DNA of 64,000 nt from Minisyncoccia bacterium (GTDB taxonomy: Bacteria > Patescibacteriota > Minisyncoccia > Phycocordibacterales > UBA9973). Of this stretch, positions 1 to 8,582 are shown one piece after another. The stretch covers positions 1,156 through 65,155 of the forward strand of contig CBFIGQ010000045.1 of the NCBI GenBank assembly GCA_965662335.1, written 5' to 3'. Each line of letters begins with the position of its first letter. Position 1 is the stretch's first letter. The notes under the pieces are model-generated. The model was not told where the DNA came from. It ran no database searches and was given only the letters and a program-made list of their open reading frames with translations. The position numbers were made by a program, and so were the translations under genes.

Positions 1-973
1 TCTTTTTTACCAACACTTCTATCGCAGCTGTTTCAAACTCTGCAGCAAGTGCGAGCTTTTGATTTTCAGACAGTTCGCCACTATCTCGAGCCGCATAGAG
101 TACCGCAGTTTTGATACCAGAAAATGAAAAATCATAGTCGCCTGAATGAAGCATGGGTCGAGGAAGGGTGAATTCGTTTTGTGTATCTGAATGTGCTTCT
201 CGCCATTCCTTTGCGAGACGTGATACTGCAGGTCCGCCTGGGTATGGGAGTCCGAGTACGCGAGCAACCTTATCAAATGCTTCGCCAACTGCATCGTCAC
301 GCGTTGCTCCTATTTTTTTATATGTACCAAATGACTCTGCAATCACAAGCTCGGTGTGGCCACCAGACACAAGGAGTGAGAGGACGGGGAATTGCAAATT
401 TGTAAATTGGTATGCTCTTTTCGCCAGGACAGAATTTTGTATGTCCTCGGTTCTCCGAGGCTGTGCCCCGGCCAGACCTACAAAATTCTGTCCCGGCTCA
501 AGAGCTGTAATCGCTGCTGTAATAATATGTCCTTCCATATGATTTATAGGAATGACGGGTATGTTCCAGACGCTTGCGAGAGCACGTGCGGCGTTCACAC
601 CTACCCAGAGTGCCGGCTCAAGTCCAGGACCTACGGTGACGGCGATGTAATCAATATCAGGTCTCGCGTGAGATGCAAAGAAATGCGTGAGCGTGTCCCG
701 AAGTGTTGCATCCTTGTCATCCATCCATGAGATGTCAAATAGTACACTGCCGTGCTTGAGCATACCGGCTTGGGTAAGTGCCTCAGAGAGTAGGTGGACG
801 AACTTTTCTGCATGTGCGCGCTTGGCAAGTGCTGGAAATACGCCGCCATACTGCGCATGAATCTCTATCTGAGACGCGAGGGCATTGCCGAGGATACGTA
901 TTTCACCCCCTATCTCTTCTAGGATGCATATCCCTGTTTCGTCACAGCTGGTTTCTATTGCGAGTACCTTCAT
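1..973 (-). CDS. tsaD: tRNA N6-adenosine threonylcarbamoyltransferase TsaD (3' part runs off the window; not in the ORF track)
   Basis: Hand translation from ATG at 973 gives MKVLAIETSCDETGICILE, then IDYIAVTVGPGLEPALWVG...PINHMEGHI, the Kae1/TsaD motifs. Confidence 0.93.
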   Translation of the reverse strand, partial: MKVLAIETSCDETGICILEEIGGEIRILGNALASQIEIHAQYGGVFPALAKRAHAEKFVHLLSEALTQAGMLKHGSVLFDISWMDDKDATLRDTLTHFFASHARPDIDYIAVTVGPGLEPALWVGVNAARALASVWNIPVIPINHMEGHIITAAITALEPGQNFVGLAGAQPRRTEDIQNSVLAKRAYQFTNLQFPVLSLLVSGGHTELVIAESFGTYKKIGATRDDAVGEAFDKVARVLGLPYPGGPAVSRLAKEWREAHSDTQNEFTLPRPMLHSGDYDFSFSGIKTAVLYAARDSGELSENQKLALAAEFETAAIEVLVKK

Positions 974-1039
974 ACACGCCACTATAGCAGGATATTGTAT
1001 TTTCCGAAAGATGTGGTAAGGTTATGCAAAACTTATACC

Positions 1040-1345
1040 ATGAAATATGCAATTGCAACTTTAATACAAATTGGCGGACATACGTTTTTGTGTATTACAA
1101 CCGCAGATAGTGCAGGAAGTTCTGCAACCTATGACATAGTAAAAAGCTTATGTGAAGAGTTTAAAAAAGTGGGCAAAGAAACTGGTTTTGGGTTAACTAC
1201 GCTGGATTTCGCAAGCCAAATAACCCTTGAAAAAGCTATACGAATAAAGGTCAAAGAAATTGCAAATCAGAACGAAGCCACAAGTATGTTCGATGCACTA
1301 AGAATTGATATCGCTGCACAATTGAATGAAAAATTTGGAAAGTAA
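1040..1345 (+). CDS. Hypothetical protein
   Basis: Intergenic ORF starting MKYAIATL, followed by a hairpin + T-run terminator. Confidence 0.6.
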   Translation: MKYAIATLIQIGGHTFLCITTADSAGSSATYDIVKSLCEEFKKVGKETGFGLTTLDFASQITLEKAIRIKVKEIANQNEATSMFDALRIDIAAQLNEKFGK

Positions 1346-1350
1346 AAACC

Positions 1351-1374
1351 GCCTCCGTTGGAGGCATTTTTTTC
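1351..1374 (+). terminator. Rho-independent terminator
   Basis: GCCTCC-gtt-GGAGGC followed by a T-run. Confidence 0.7.
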
Positions 1375-1411
1375 TGCAAAAAACCCTAAAAAATGCTAGA
1401 ATACACCCACT

Positions 1412-2032
1412 ATGAACCCGGTCGTACAGACTGTTATACCGTTTATTCTTCTCTACAAATACTGGGCGCTTTTTGGTATTACCTTTATTACTGCCCTTGT
1501 GCTACCTATTCCTCCAGGGACACTGATCATGGCGTCGTCCGCATTTGCATACCAGGGGTACTTTAATTTCGGATTTATTGTAGCAGTAGCGATTGCCGGT
1601 AATATCCTCGGAGATAATGTTGGATACTTTATTGCGCGTAGCTACGGCAAGACCATACTCTCAAAGATCGGTTTTGCAAAAGTACTCGAGTCAAAGCGAT
1701 ACCGCGGTATTGAACGCGCAGTCAAAAGGCGTCCGGGGCTTATCATATTTCTCAGTCGATTTGAAGTATTTACCAATCTTGCCGTAAACATTATTAGTGG
1801 ACTCAGCAAAGTACCATACCGCAAATACTTGCTCTACGAGGCAATAGGAGAAATTTTTCAGGTGACGCTCTATAGTACTATCGGCTATCTCTTTGCAAAT
1901 ACCTGGCAGTCAGTAAACTCGCTCGTCGGGAAGGTACTGTTTGCACTCCTTGTAGTCACTGCGCTGGTATTTCTGTTGTTTCTCCGAAAGAGTAAAAAGC
2001 ATACAATAGAAGAAGATGTCATGCTCAAATGA
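1412..2032 (+). CDS. DedA/SNARE-associated membrane protein
   Basis: LPIPPG, GNILGDNVGYFIAR and IFLSRF motifs; multiple TM segments. Confidence 0.9.
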   Translation: MNPVVQTVIPFILLYKYWALFGITFITALVLPIPPGTLIMASSAFAYQGYFNFGFIVAVAIAGNILGDNVGYFIARSYGKTILSKIGFAKVLESKRYRGIERAVKRRPGLIIFLSRFEVFTNLAVNIISGLSKVPYRKYLLYEAIGEIFQVTLYSTIGYLFANTWQSVNSLVGKVLFALLVVTALVFLLFLRKSKKHTIEEDVMLK

Positions 2033-3117
2033 ATACATTACCTCCAACCATTTTTATTATTGTCGGAGCAACAGGTGATGTATCACGGCGACTTGTACTA
2101 CCAGCGCTCGCTGTACTCAGAGAGCATGAAGCACTCCCAGTATTTTTTGAAACGATACAAACCAGTAGAAAAGATGTTCCTGGGTATTTACGCCTTCTAG
2201 ACTCAAACGACGCACACGAACTCGCTCGCGAAGTTCAGTCGATAGAAGAGAGACACAAGCAAGGCTGTCAGGTCATAGCGTACTTGGCAGTACCACCTGA
2301 GGGAGTACTTGAAATGGCAAGACTGCTCGGAGAAAGCGGGGTTGTGAGTCGGATCCTCCTTGAGAAACCATTTGGGACAGATGAAGAAAGTGCACGCGAG
2401 CTTTCAACTGAACTCTCATACTTTTTTACTCCTTCTCAGATCGTTCGTGTCGACCACTACCTTGCAAAACGTGTCGTCGCAGAATGCTCTGCGTACCTCG
2501 GGCAAATACAAGGCGATGTGCGAGTCATCGATATACACATATACGAATCGATAGGGGTAGAAGGCAGGGCTGTATTTTATGAGGCAACTGGCGCACTGCG
2601 GGATATGGTGCAAAGCCACGCGCTCCTCGTGGGAGCAGAGCTCTACGCATCTGCATATGATATATCCCGCACAGAAGCGCTCGAGAGAATAGCACCAATA
2701 GAGACTATTGTCCGCGCGCAGTACAGCGGCTACACGCACGATGTGGGGAATGAAGAAAGCCTCACAGAGACGTTTGTTTCTCTTGAAACAAAGATAGGTG
2801 ACACTTTACTGCGCATTACTACAGGTAAGGCACTCGACCACAAAGAAACCTCAGTCACGCTTACTACGGGGTATGGGGAGCATATAGAAACCAAAGTATT
2901 TAGAGACAGCCCGTACGAGACATGGCAGCCATTAGGGTATCAAAAGGTCCTCCTCGATAGTATGAACCCAGAGCAGGGCGGAGGAGGTATCACAGAAACA
3001 GAAATAGAGCTTTTGTGGAGGCGTATAGACCCTCTTGTAGCGGATTGGAAGAGGGAAACTCAGATCGCGACCTACTCAAAAGGAAGCACTGCTCAGGAGG
3101 TATTGACAAATATATAG
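2029..3117 (+). CDS. zwf: Glucose-6-phosphate 1-dehydrogenase, shortened
   Basis: GATGD, LLEKPFG, RVDHYLAK, GALRDMVQSH and TETF motifs; only 362 aa. Confidence 0.85.
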   Translation: MNTLPPTIFIIVGATGDVSRRLVLPALAVLREHEALPVFFETIQTSRKDVPGYLRLLDSNDAHELAREVQSIEERHKQGCQVIAYLAVPPEGVLEMARLLGESGVVSRILLEKPFGTDEESARELSTELSYFFTPSQIVRVDHYLAKRVVAECSAYLGQIQGDVRVIDIHIYESIGVEGRAVFYEATGALRDMVQSHALLVGAELYASAYDISRTEALERIAPIETIVRAQYSGYTHDVGNEESLTETFVSLETKIGDTLLRITTGKALDHKETSVTLTTGYGEHIETKVFRDSPYETWQPLGYQKVLLDSMNPEQGGGGITETEIELLWRRIDPLVADWKRETQIATYSKGSTAQEVLTNI

Positions 3118-3149
3118 TATGTGATAATCTAGTGCAAAATCAAGATGTA

Positions 3150-3371
3150 ATGGCACTAGTATTTTTATTTGGAGGTTGTGTTATTTTATTTCTGTACGGG
3201 CTGTACGATTCACAAAAATTTAAGAAAAAGCATGCGCATGAGCGTGCTCGCACAACAGAGTATTTTGATGCTATGCGTGCGAAAGAGCAAAGAAAGATAC
3301 CTCTTTCAGTTTCCCATAAAAGAAGTGAAGAGGAATATCACGAAGAATCAGCCGTTGCTGCAACTGCCTAA
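3150..3371 (+). CDS. Small single-TM hypothetical protein
   Basis: MALVFLFGGCVILFLYG hydrophobic N-terminus with a charged tail. Confidence 0.55.
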   Translation: MALVFLFGGCVILFLYGLYDSQKFKKKHAHERARTTEYFDAMRAKEQRKIPLSVSHKRSEEEYHEESAVAATA

Positions 3372-3434
3372 ATAGGCTTAAAACCTTAAACACCTACCTT
3401 ATTCATTCCTCGGATTTTTTCCGGGGAATTTTTG

Positions 3435-3508
3435 TGCACGGTAGAGGGATCGAACCTCTCGCCTCAGCAATGTCAATGCTGCGCTCTAACCATATGAGCT
3501 AACCGCGC
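3435..3508 (-). tRNA. tRNA-Val(GAC)
   Basis: Reverse complement GCGCGGTTAGCTCATATGGTTAGAGCGCAGCATT-GAC-ATTGCTGAGGCGAGAGGTTCGATCCCTCTACCGTGCA folds as a cloverleaf. Confidence 0.95.
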
Positions 3509-3596
3509 GGGTAGGGAAACTATACCATGAAAATTTGTCCGTGCTAAAACTTGCTTTTTAAGATATCTATGGTATTATGTCAAAAAACAAATTCCA

Positions 3597-4094
3597 ATGA
3601 CAATTCAAAACAAACCCTCTGTCCCTTTAAATGAAGCAGAAATTGCTTTTTTCCCTATTATTTATAATAAGCAAGACCGCCATCTATTTTCGGATACGGC
3701 GCGTACTCAACCATTTGCAGGAATTGCGCAGTTACCACCAATGGTTCCTCACCGGATAATTCTTAACGCAGTACATGGTAGAACCCATATTCAAGATGGA
3801 GTACCACTCTGTATTGCTCTGTATTCTGCAGATCACGATCAGTCACCCGAGACAATTTCAGCGTTCTGGATGGATTGCAAAAAGAAAAAGAGACCTTTCG
3901 GTCATGCAACACTATGGATCATTGCACCTGTACCAGTATGTGCGTTTATAACAGAAAATTTTCTGAAAAAAAATAAAAGCGTATACTACCACCCAGGGTC
4001 CCCAACAGATAAACAACATTTGTTTGCAGTTACTGTGTTAGGCAGGACAAGAACATATATAGCAGAGGATCCGTTTGTAAACACATTGAACTAG
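3597..4094 (+). CDS. Hypothetical protein
   Basis: 165 aa ORF between two tRNAs with promoter-like sequence upstream and a terminator downstream; no recognised motif. Confidence 0.6.
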   Translation: MTIQNKPSVPLNEAEIAFFPIIYNKQDRHLFSDTARTQPFAGIAQLPPMVPHRIILNAVHGRTHIQDGVPLCIALYSADHDQSPETISAFWMDCKKKKRPFGHATLWIIAPVPVCAFITENFLKKNKSVYYHPGSPTDKQHLFAVTVLGRTRTYIAEDPFVNTLN

Positions 4095-4165
4095 TACTTT
4101 CTCAATTTAAGGAGCCGCACGGCTCCTTGTTTTTTTATAAATATTTTGTACAATAGCTACTACTT

Positions 4166-4237
4166 GGCCCTATCGTCTAACGGTTAGGACGCCGGCTTTT
4201 CAAGCCGTTAATCGGGGTTCGATTCCCCGTAGGGTCA
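4166..4237 (+). tRNA. tRNA-Glu(TTC); integration target
   Basis: GGCCCTATCGTCTAACGGTTAGGACGCCGGCTT-TTC-AAGCCGTTAATCGGGGTTCGATTCCCCGTAGGGTCA cloverleaf. Confidence 0.95.
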
Positions 4238-5763
4238 CAATCAGATACTCGCTCAAAAAGTTGCCCCGCGCGCTGGCGCGCGATGGTGGTGAGTGGGTGG
4301 TGAAAATTCTCGCCCGCCTTGCGGGCACAAGCGAATTCTGTGGGTGGGCAAAATGAGACAGAGACGGACTTGTCCCGCAATTGCGGGTTCGTTCCAATTT
4401 TTTTGAAATAATCACGAATTTCAAAAAAATTATCAGTGGTCTGCAATTGCGTGGCTTTTTTCATATCCAAAATCCATTCCCGCAAGGGTTCGACCCAATT
4501 CTTTCTTTCTGCTCGGGCGGAATCGATTTTTTGAGCGAGAGACACTTTTTGTTTCAAAAGCTCGTTTTTCTTTGCGAGATAGTTTTCTTTCGGTATATCG
4601 TCATCTAAATACAAATTCACCAATTCATCGAGCTTTTGTTCTATCTCTCGCTCATTGTCTTTCATCCGCCCGAGCATGCTTCCCGACGAGGATTTTTCAC
4701 TTTTGTCCCATTCGTCAGTTTTGTTTAGCATACACTCAATCCACTCGTCGGGAAGAACGATTTTTTGAAGCTGTTCCTGTAATTGCAGAACAAGTGAATC
4801 TTCTCGCAAATACCCTTGCTCACATTTTCCTTTCTTTTTTGTGCAACGATAATAACGATATTTAGTACCGAAACGATTGGTTGACCATTGAGCAGTGATC
4901 ATGCTTCCACATTCACCACATTTAAATAATCCAGTGAAAGGAAAATTGTGGCTTTTCTTTGATTTGCGAGGATGAGAGCGTTCTTGCAATCTTTTCTGCA
5001 CAGCTTCAAATAGATCGTGAGAAAGAATTGGCGCAAAGCTTCCGTTAAAATACTCATCTTTGTGTTTCGTAAGCCCGAGATATGCTTTGTTCGTGAGTAT
5101 TCTTGATACGGAAGCTTTGCCAAGTGGCGTTCCGGACTTTGTCGTCACTCCATGCAAAGCCAAAAAATCCGACAATGATTCAAGGCTGTGATGACCTTTT
5201 GAATATTCTTTAAAAGCGCGGACGATAATTTTAGATTTCACCACATCAGGTTCAATATTTCTCGTTTTTGGATTGTTCACATAACCAAAAGGCGCTTTTG
5301 TAAGCCATTCACCACGGCGGAGTTTTTGGCGGATTCCACGCTCAACATTTTGTTTTAAATCGTCAGAATAATATTTAGATTGTCCGAACGCCACTTGAAG
5401 CATAAATAGCCCTTGCGGGGTTGGTTCAAACCAAAATGTCGGAAAGCGTAAAGAATTGATTTTGGTCGTGTCTACGGCGTAGATGATGCGCCCACCATCG
5501 ATACTATTGCGAGCAAGTCGATCAGGATGCCATGCGAGAATTCCCACACCATCCATATTTTCTATTTTCCCCATCATCTCGCCGAACTTTTCACGACCAG
5601 GTTTCTTTGCGCTTTTCGACTCTGTAAATTCTTCAAGAATTTGCAGATTTTCTTTACGCGCAAATTCCCGAAGCTCAAAAAGCTGTGCCTCAATAGACAT
5701 AACTTGTTTATCGTCATCTTCTGTTGATTTGCGAGCGTAAAGAAAATATTTTGGTTTATTCAT
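4177..5763 (-). CDS. Large serine recombinase (resolvase + recombinase + Zn-ribbon + coiled coil)
   Basis: YARKST catalytic Ser, DRLAR, APFGY, CGECG...YYRC; C-terminus reads across attL into the antisense strand of tRNA-Glu. Confidence 0.95.
   Translation of the reverse strand: MNKPKYFLYARKSTEDDDKQVMSIEAQLFELREFARKENLQILEEFTESKSAKKPGREKFGEMMGKIENMDGVGILAWHPDRLARNSIDGGRIIYAVDTTKINSLRFPTFWFEPTPQGLFMLQVAFGQSKYYSDDLKQNVERGIRQKLRRGEWLTKAPFGYVNNPKTRNIEPDVVKSKIIVRAFKEYSKGHHSLESLSDFLALHGVTTKSGTPLGKASVSRILTNKAYLGLTKHKDEYFNGSFAPILSHDLFEAVQKRLQERSHPRKSKKSHNFPFTGLFKCGECGSMITAQWSTNRFGTKYRYYRCTKKKGKCEQGYLREDSLVLQLQEQLQKIVLPDEWIECMLNKTDEWDKSEKSSSGSMLGRMKDNEREIEQKLDELVNLYLDDDIPKENYLAKKNELLKQKVSLAQKIDSARAERKNWVEPLREWILDMKKATQLQTTDNFFEIRDYFKKIGTNPQLRDKSVSVSFCPPTEFACARKAGENFHHPLTTIARQRAGQLFERVSDCDPTGNRTPINGLKSRRPNR
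4235..4370. repeat. Left att arm; inverted repeat of 5792-5937
   Basis: Reverse complement aligns with 5792-5937, with scattered substitutions and a ~10 nt indel. Confidence 0.9.
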
Positions 5764-5791
5764 ATATATCTTTAGATTATGAAAAAAGAAT

Positions 5792-6107
5792 AGTCCGTAT
5801 TTGTCTCATTTCTTGCCTTTCTGCCCACCCACCGAATTCGATTGCGCCCGCACGGCGGGCGAGGATTTTCACCACCCACTCACCACCATCGCGCGACAGC
5901 GCGCGGGGCAACTTTTTGAGCAAGTATCTGATTGTGATGTATTACTAACCTTTGCACGAACTTTTTTTGAACAAGAACACTAACGAATTCCGTCACGGCT
6001 CGGATTACCTCGCCGTTGCGCCCTTAGCCCTCATCGCTTTTCATTCTTGTTTTGTTTGGCGGGGGGATTCTTTTTGAAAAGGTATGGCGATGGGGCTTCG
6101 GGCGGGT
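5792..6107. repeat. Internal inverted attP-like copy (left arm + TTGTGA core + right arm)
   Basis: 5792-5937 matches the attL arm and 5932-6107 matches the attR arm, both inverted; encodes the recombinase-like tail FHHPLTTIARQRAGQLFEQVSDCDVLLTFARTFFEQEH. Confidence 0.9.
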
Positions 6108-6164
6108 AATTTAATTATATAACAACTTGGAATATAACACAAAGGAATATATCATAGAATATAT

Positions 6165-6386
6165 ATGAATAAGGCGATTTTTTCCAAAGATCATAAATAT
6201 ACTGTGGAACAGCTAAAAAAGGCACGTGCAGAGGCAGGTTTAGACCAAGTTGAGGTAGCAAAGATGCTTGGTAAAACTCAACCGCACATTTCAAAAATAG
6301 AAGCTGGGCAAAGACGACTTGATATTACGCAACTTAAAGAGTTTGCAAAAATTTATAAAAAATCTTTAACCTACTTCATAAAATAA
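6165..6386 (+). CDS. XRE-family HTH regulator, probable R-M controller (C) protein
   Basis: LKKAR..AGLDQVEVAKMLGKTQPHISKIEAGQRRLD HTH, 73 aa, upstream of the endonuclease. Confidence 0.85.
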   Translation: MNKAIFSKDHKYTVEQLKKARAEAGLDQVEVAKMLGKTQPHISKIEAGQRRLDITQLKEFAKIYKKSLTYFIK

Positions 6387-6389
6387 TTT

Positions 6390-6527
6390 ATGGCACTTTT
6401 TAAAATAAATAACAATATAGTAAAAAAGATTCTTACAAAAGATTTGGACTTGGAAAAAAATCTCCAAGGGCTTTTCGAAAATAATCTTGAAGAAATTTTA
6501 AACATAGTTTTTCTTGCCCATGAATAA
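6390..6527 (+). pseudogene. N-terminal fragment of a NucS/DUF91-like endonuclease-domain protein
   Basis: MALFKINNN...DLEKNLQGLFENNLEEILNIVFLAHE* resembles the E..LQ..FE.NL...FL..E start of that family and stops before the nuclease core. Confidence 0.5.
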
Positions 6528-6532
6528 ATAAT

Positions 6533-7828
6533 ATGTATAAAATTAATTTACAAAAAACCTTCTTTCTTGCACTAGAAATATCGAGTCATTACAATAAAAG
6601 TTACTACAACACAAATGATTTGGTAAAATTGGCAAATCAATATAAATCTGATTTGGTTAGAACAAGAGTTGATAAAAAGGATTATAAATTTCTAGACGAT
6701 ACAAAATTCGGTGGATTACGAGGAAATTTCTCTACCTTGTTAACATTAAAAGGTTTTGTTAAACGAGGAAATAAAATTATACCTTTTTATTCTTTAGGGA
6801 TGGATGGTCGTATTGTAAATGCTGTAAATAATGGCGAGATAATACTTGATTCTTCTGATTTAACAGCTAATACAAAAAACGAGAGATTAAAAAATCTTCT
6901 TGAAAAAGAAGTATTTTTATCAAAGGTTAGGGAGAATCAGGCGCATATAAAAGTAATGCTTGAGAAAGATTCGGGCAAGCTTGGAATTAAAAGAGATAAT
7001 ATTTTTAAAAAAGATTCAGTCGTTGTAACCGAGAAAGGGCAATATTTTTTGAGATGTCTATTAAATAATTTTATAAATAATAATACAATTGAATACAGTT
7101 TATTTAATTACTGGTCAGGTAAGAAAATCATCAAAAAGAACATGCATATATTGATCAGTATTCCAACGATAGATAATTCTTGGGCTGAACTATATGCAAT
7201 TAAATTTGAAGATCTTATAAAAAACAAACCGATGTATTTGATGGTCTCTGTTGATACAAAAAAGTGCATGGATAGATCTGGTAATATTTATAATTTATAT
7301 AGTTTAGAACAAGCAAAGAATGAATTTTCTGATGGAAATGCAAATATAAATGAAAGATTATCTTATAATTGGAAAGATTTAATAAATAAAGAATGTAGTG
7401 ATGAGATTGAAATTCAAAAAGAGGTAAAACAACAGGAAACATGGATTTTTATTGATAAATTTCTACAATGGAAAAAACATTTTTCAATTGATGAAAAAGA
7501 TGTTGTTGATTACATAGTATCTAGTTCTGGTGGATGTGATGTTTTATTGAAATATTCAGGTGGAACAACACAAAAGCTAGAATTAGAACACGACTGGAAA
7601 AATTATATAGATCACAAACATCCTGAAAATAACGCATGGTCTGGTGCTTGGTTATTTGCCGAAGAAGAGTGGAATCCAGATCTAATAATTAAATTGTTTG
7701 AACCGCTAAAGAAAAAACATGGTGATAGAATACCAGATGTCTTCTTGTGCTTCGAAAACGGAGAAAGAAAAGCCTATAGAGCAAATTGGGGTAATAAAAA
7801 TTTCACTGAGCTATCTTTGTCTTTTTAA
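6533..7828 (+). CDS. Putative Type II(S) restriction endonuclease
   Basis: Convergent with two MTases, downstream of a C-like protein; C-terminal CD...LELEHDWKNYIDHKH resembles a PD-(D/E)xK-like variant. Confidence 0.65.
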   Translation: MYKINLQKTFFLALEISSHYNKSYYNTNDLVKLANQYKSDLVRTRVDKKDYKFLDDTKFGGLRGNFSTLLTLKGFVKRGNKIIPFYSLGMDGRIVNAVNNGEIILDSSDLTANTKNERLKNLLEKEVFLSKVRENQAHIKVMLEKDSGKLGIKRDNIFKKDSVVVTEKGQYFLRCLLNNFINNNTIEYSLFNYWSGKKIIKKNMHILISIPTIDNSWAELYAIKFEDLIKNKPMYLMVSVDTKKCMDRSGNIYNLYSLEQAKNEFSDGNANINERLSYNWKDLINKECSDEIEIQKEVKQQETWIFIDKFLQWKKHFSIDEKDVVDYIVSSSGGCDVLLKYSGGTTQKLELEHDWKNYIDHKHPENNAWSGAWLFAEEEWNPDLIIKLFEPLKKKHGDRIPDVFLCFENGERKAYRANWGNKNFTELSLSF

Positions 7829-7829
7829 T

Positions 7830-8576
7830 TTAACTTTTTATATTTAGAACTTTTACTCCATCTATATCTTTTAATCGCTTTTTCATTATTTTAAAGAATT
7901 CTTGATCGTTTTCTATGTTTATAGAATTTCTTTTCATAGAGTCCGCAACTTCTGCTAAAGTCCCGCTACCAGCGAAGCAATCAAGTACTAGATCTTTTTC
8001 GTTAGTAAAAATTCTCATTAAATGTTCAATTACCTTTTTGGGTTTTTGTGTTGGATGTGCTGTTCTTTCTCTTCCCATACAAATTGGTGTTTGAATAAAA
8101 TTATGCATTTCATTTTGCTTTGAAAAGTTAAATGTATAAGATATTTTTTTATTATCAAAACCATGTGTAGCCCACAAAATAGCTTCACATGAAGACAAGA
8201 AACCGTTCTTCCTAATTTGTGGGGCGGGATTTGTTTTGTGCCAAATTATTGTAGCGTGATGTTTAAATCCTAATCTTTCATATATACGCTTTATATCACT
8301 TATATATTCCAATTTTGAAAATACTAAAAGATTTCCATTTTCCTTTAAAATAGGAGTAATCAATTTCAACCATTCTTCGGTAAATTTCAAGTAATCATTG
8401 TTGCTAAAATAATCCCATTTTCCAAAATCGGAAGACCTTGCTTTTCTACCCTTGAGAATCTTGGTATTTTTATTTGCTGTATTATAGGGTGGATCGACAA
8501 TAACAGCATCAATTTTGTTTTTTATTGTTGGCAATACTTTAAACACATCGCCTTTTATTAAATAATGTTTATTCAT
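7830..8576 (-). CDS. DNA methyltransferase, beta class (m6A/m4C)
   Basis: VDPPYN...HPTQKP...DCFAGSGT motif order. Confidence 0.93.
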   Translation of the reverse strand: MNKHYLIKGDVFKVLPTIKNKIDAVIVDPPYNTANKNTKILKGRKARSSDFGKWDYFSNNDYLKFTEEWLKLITPILKENGNLLVFSKLEYISDIKRIYERLGFKHHATIIWHKTNPAPQIRKNGFLSSCEAILWATHGFDNKKISYTFNFSKQNEMHNFIQTPICMGRERTAHPTQKPKKVIEHLMRIFTNEKDLVLDCFAGSGTLAEVADSMKRNSINIENDQEFFKIMKKRLKDIDGVKVLNIKS

Positions 8577-8582
8577 ATAATT

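Noticed and set aside
19-987. Several short ORFs in the track at the window start
   Set aside because: They are shadows of minus-strand tsaD, which lacks a stop codon inside the window
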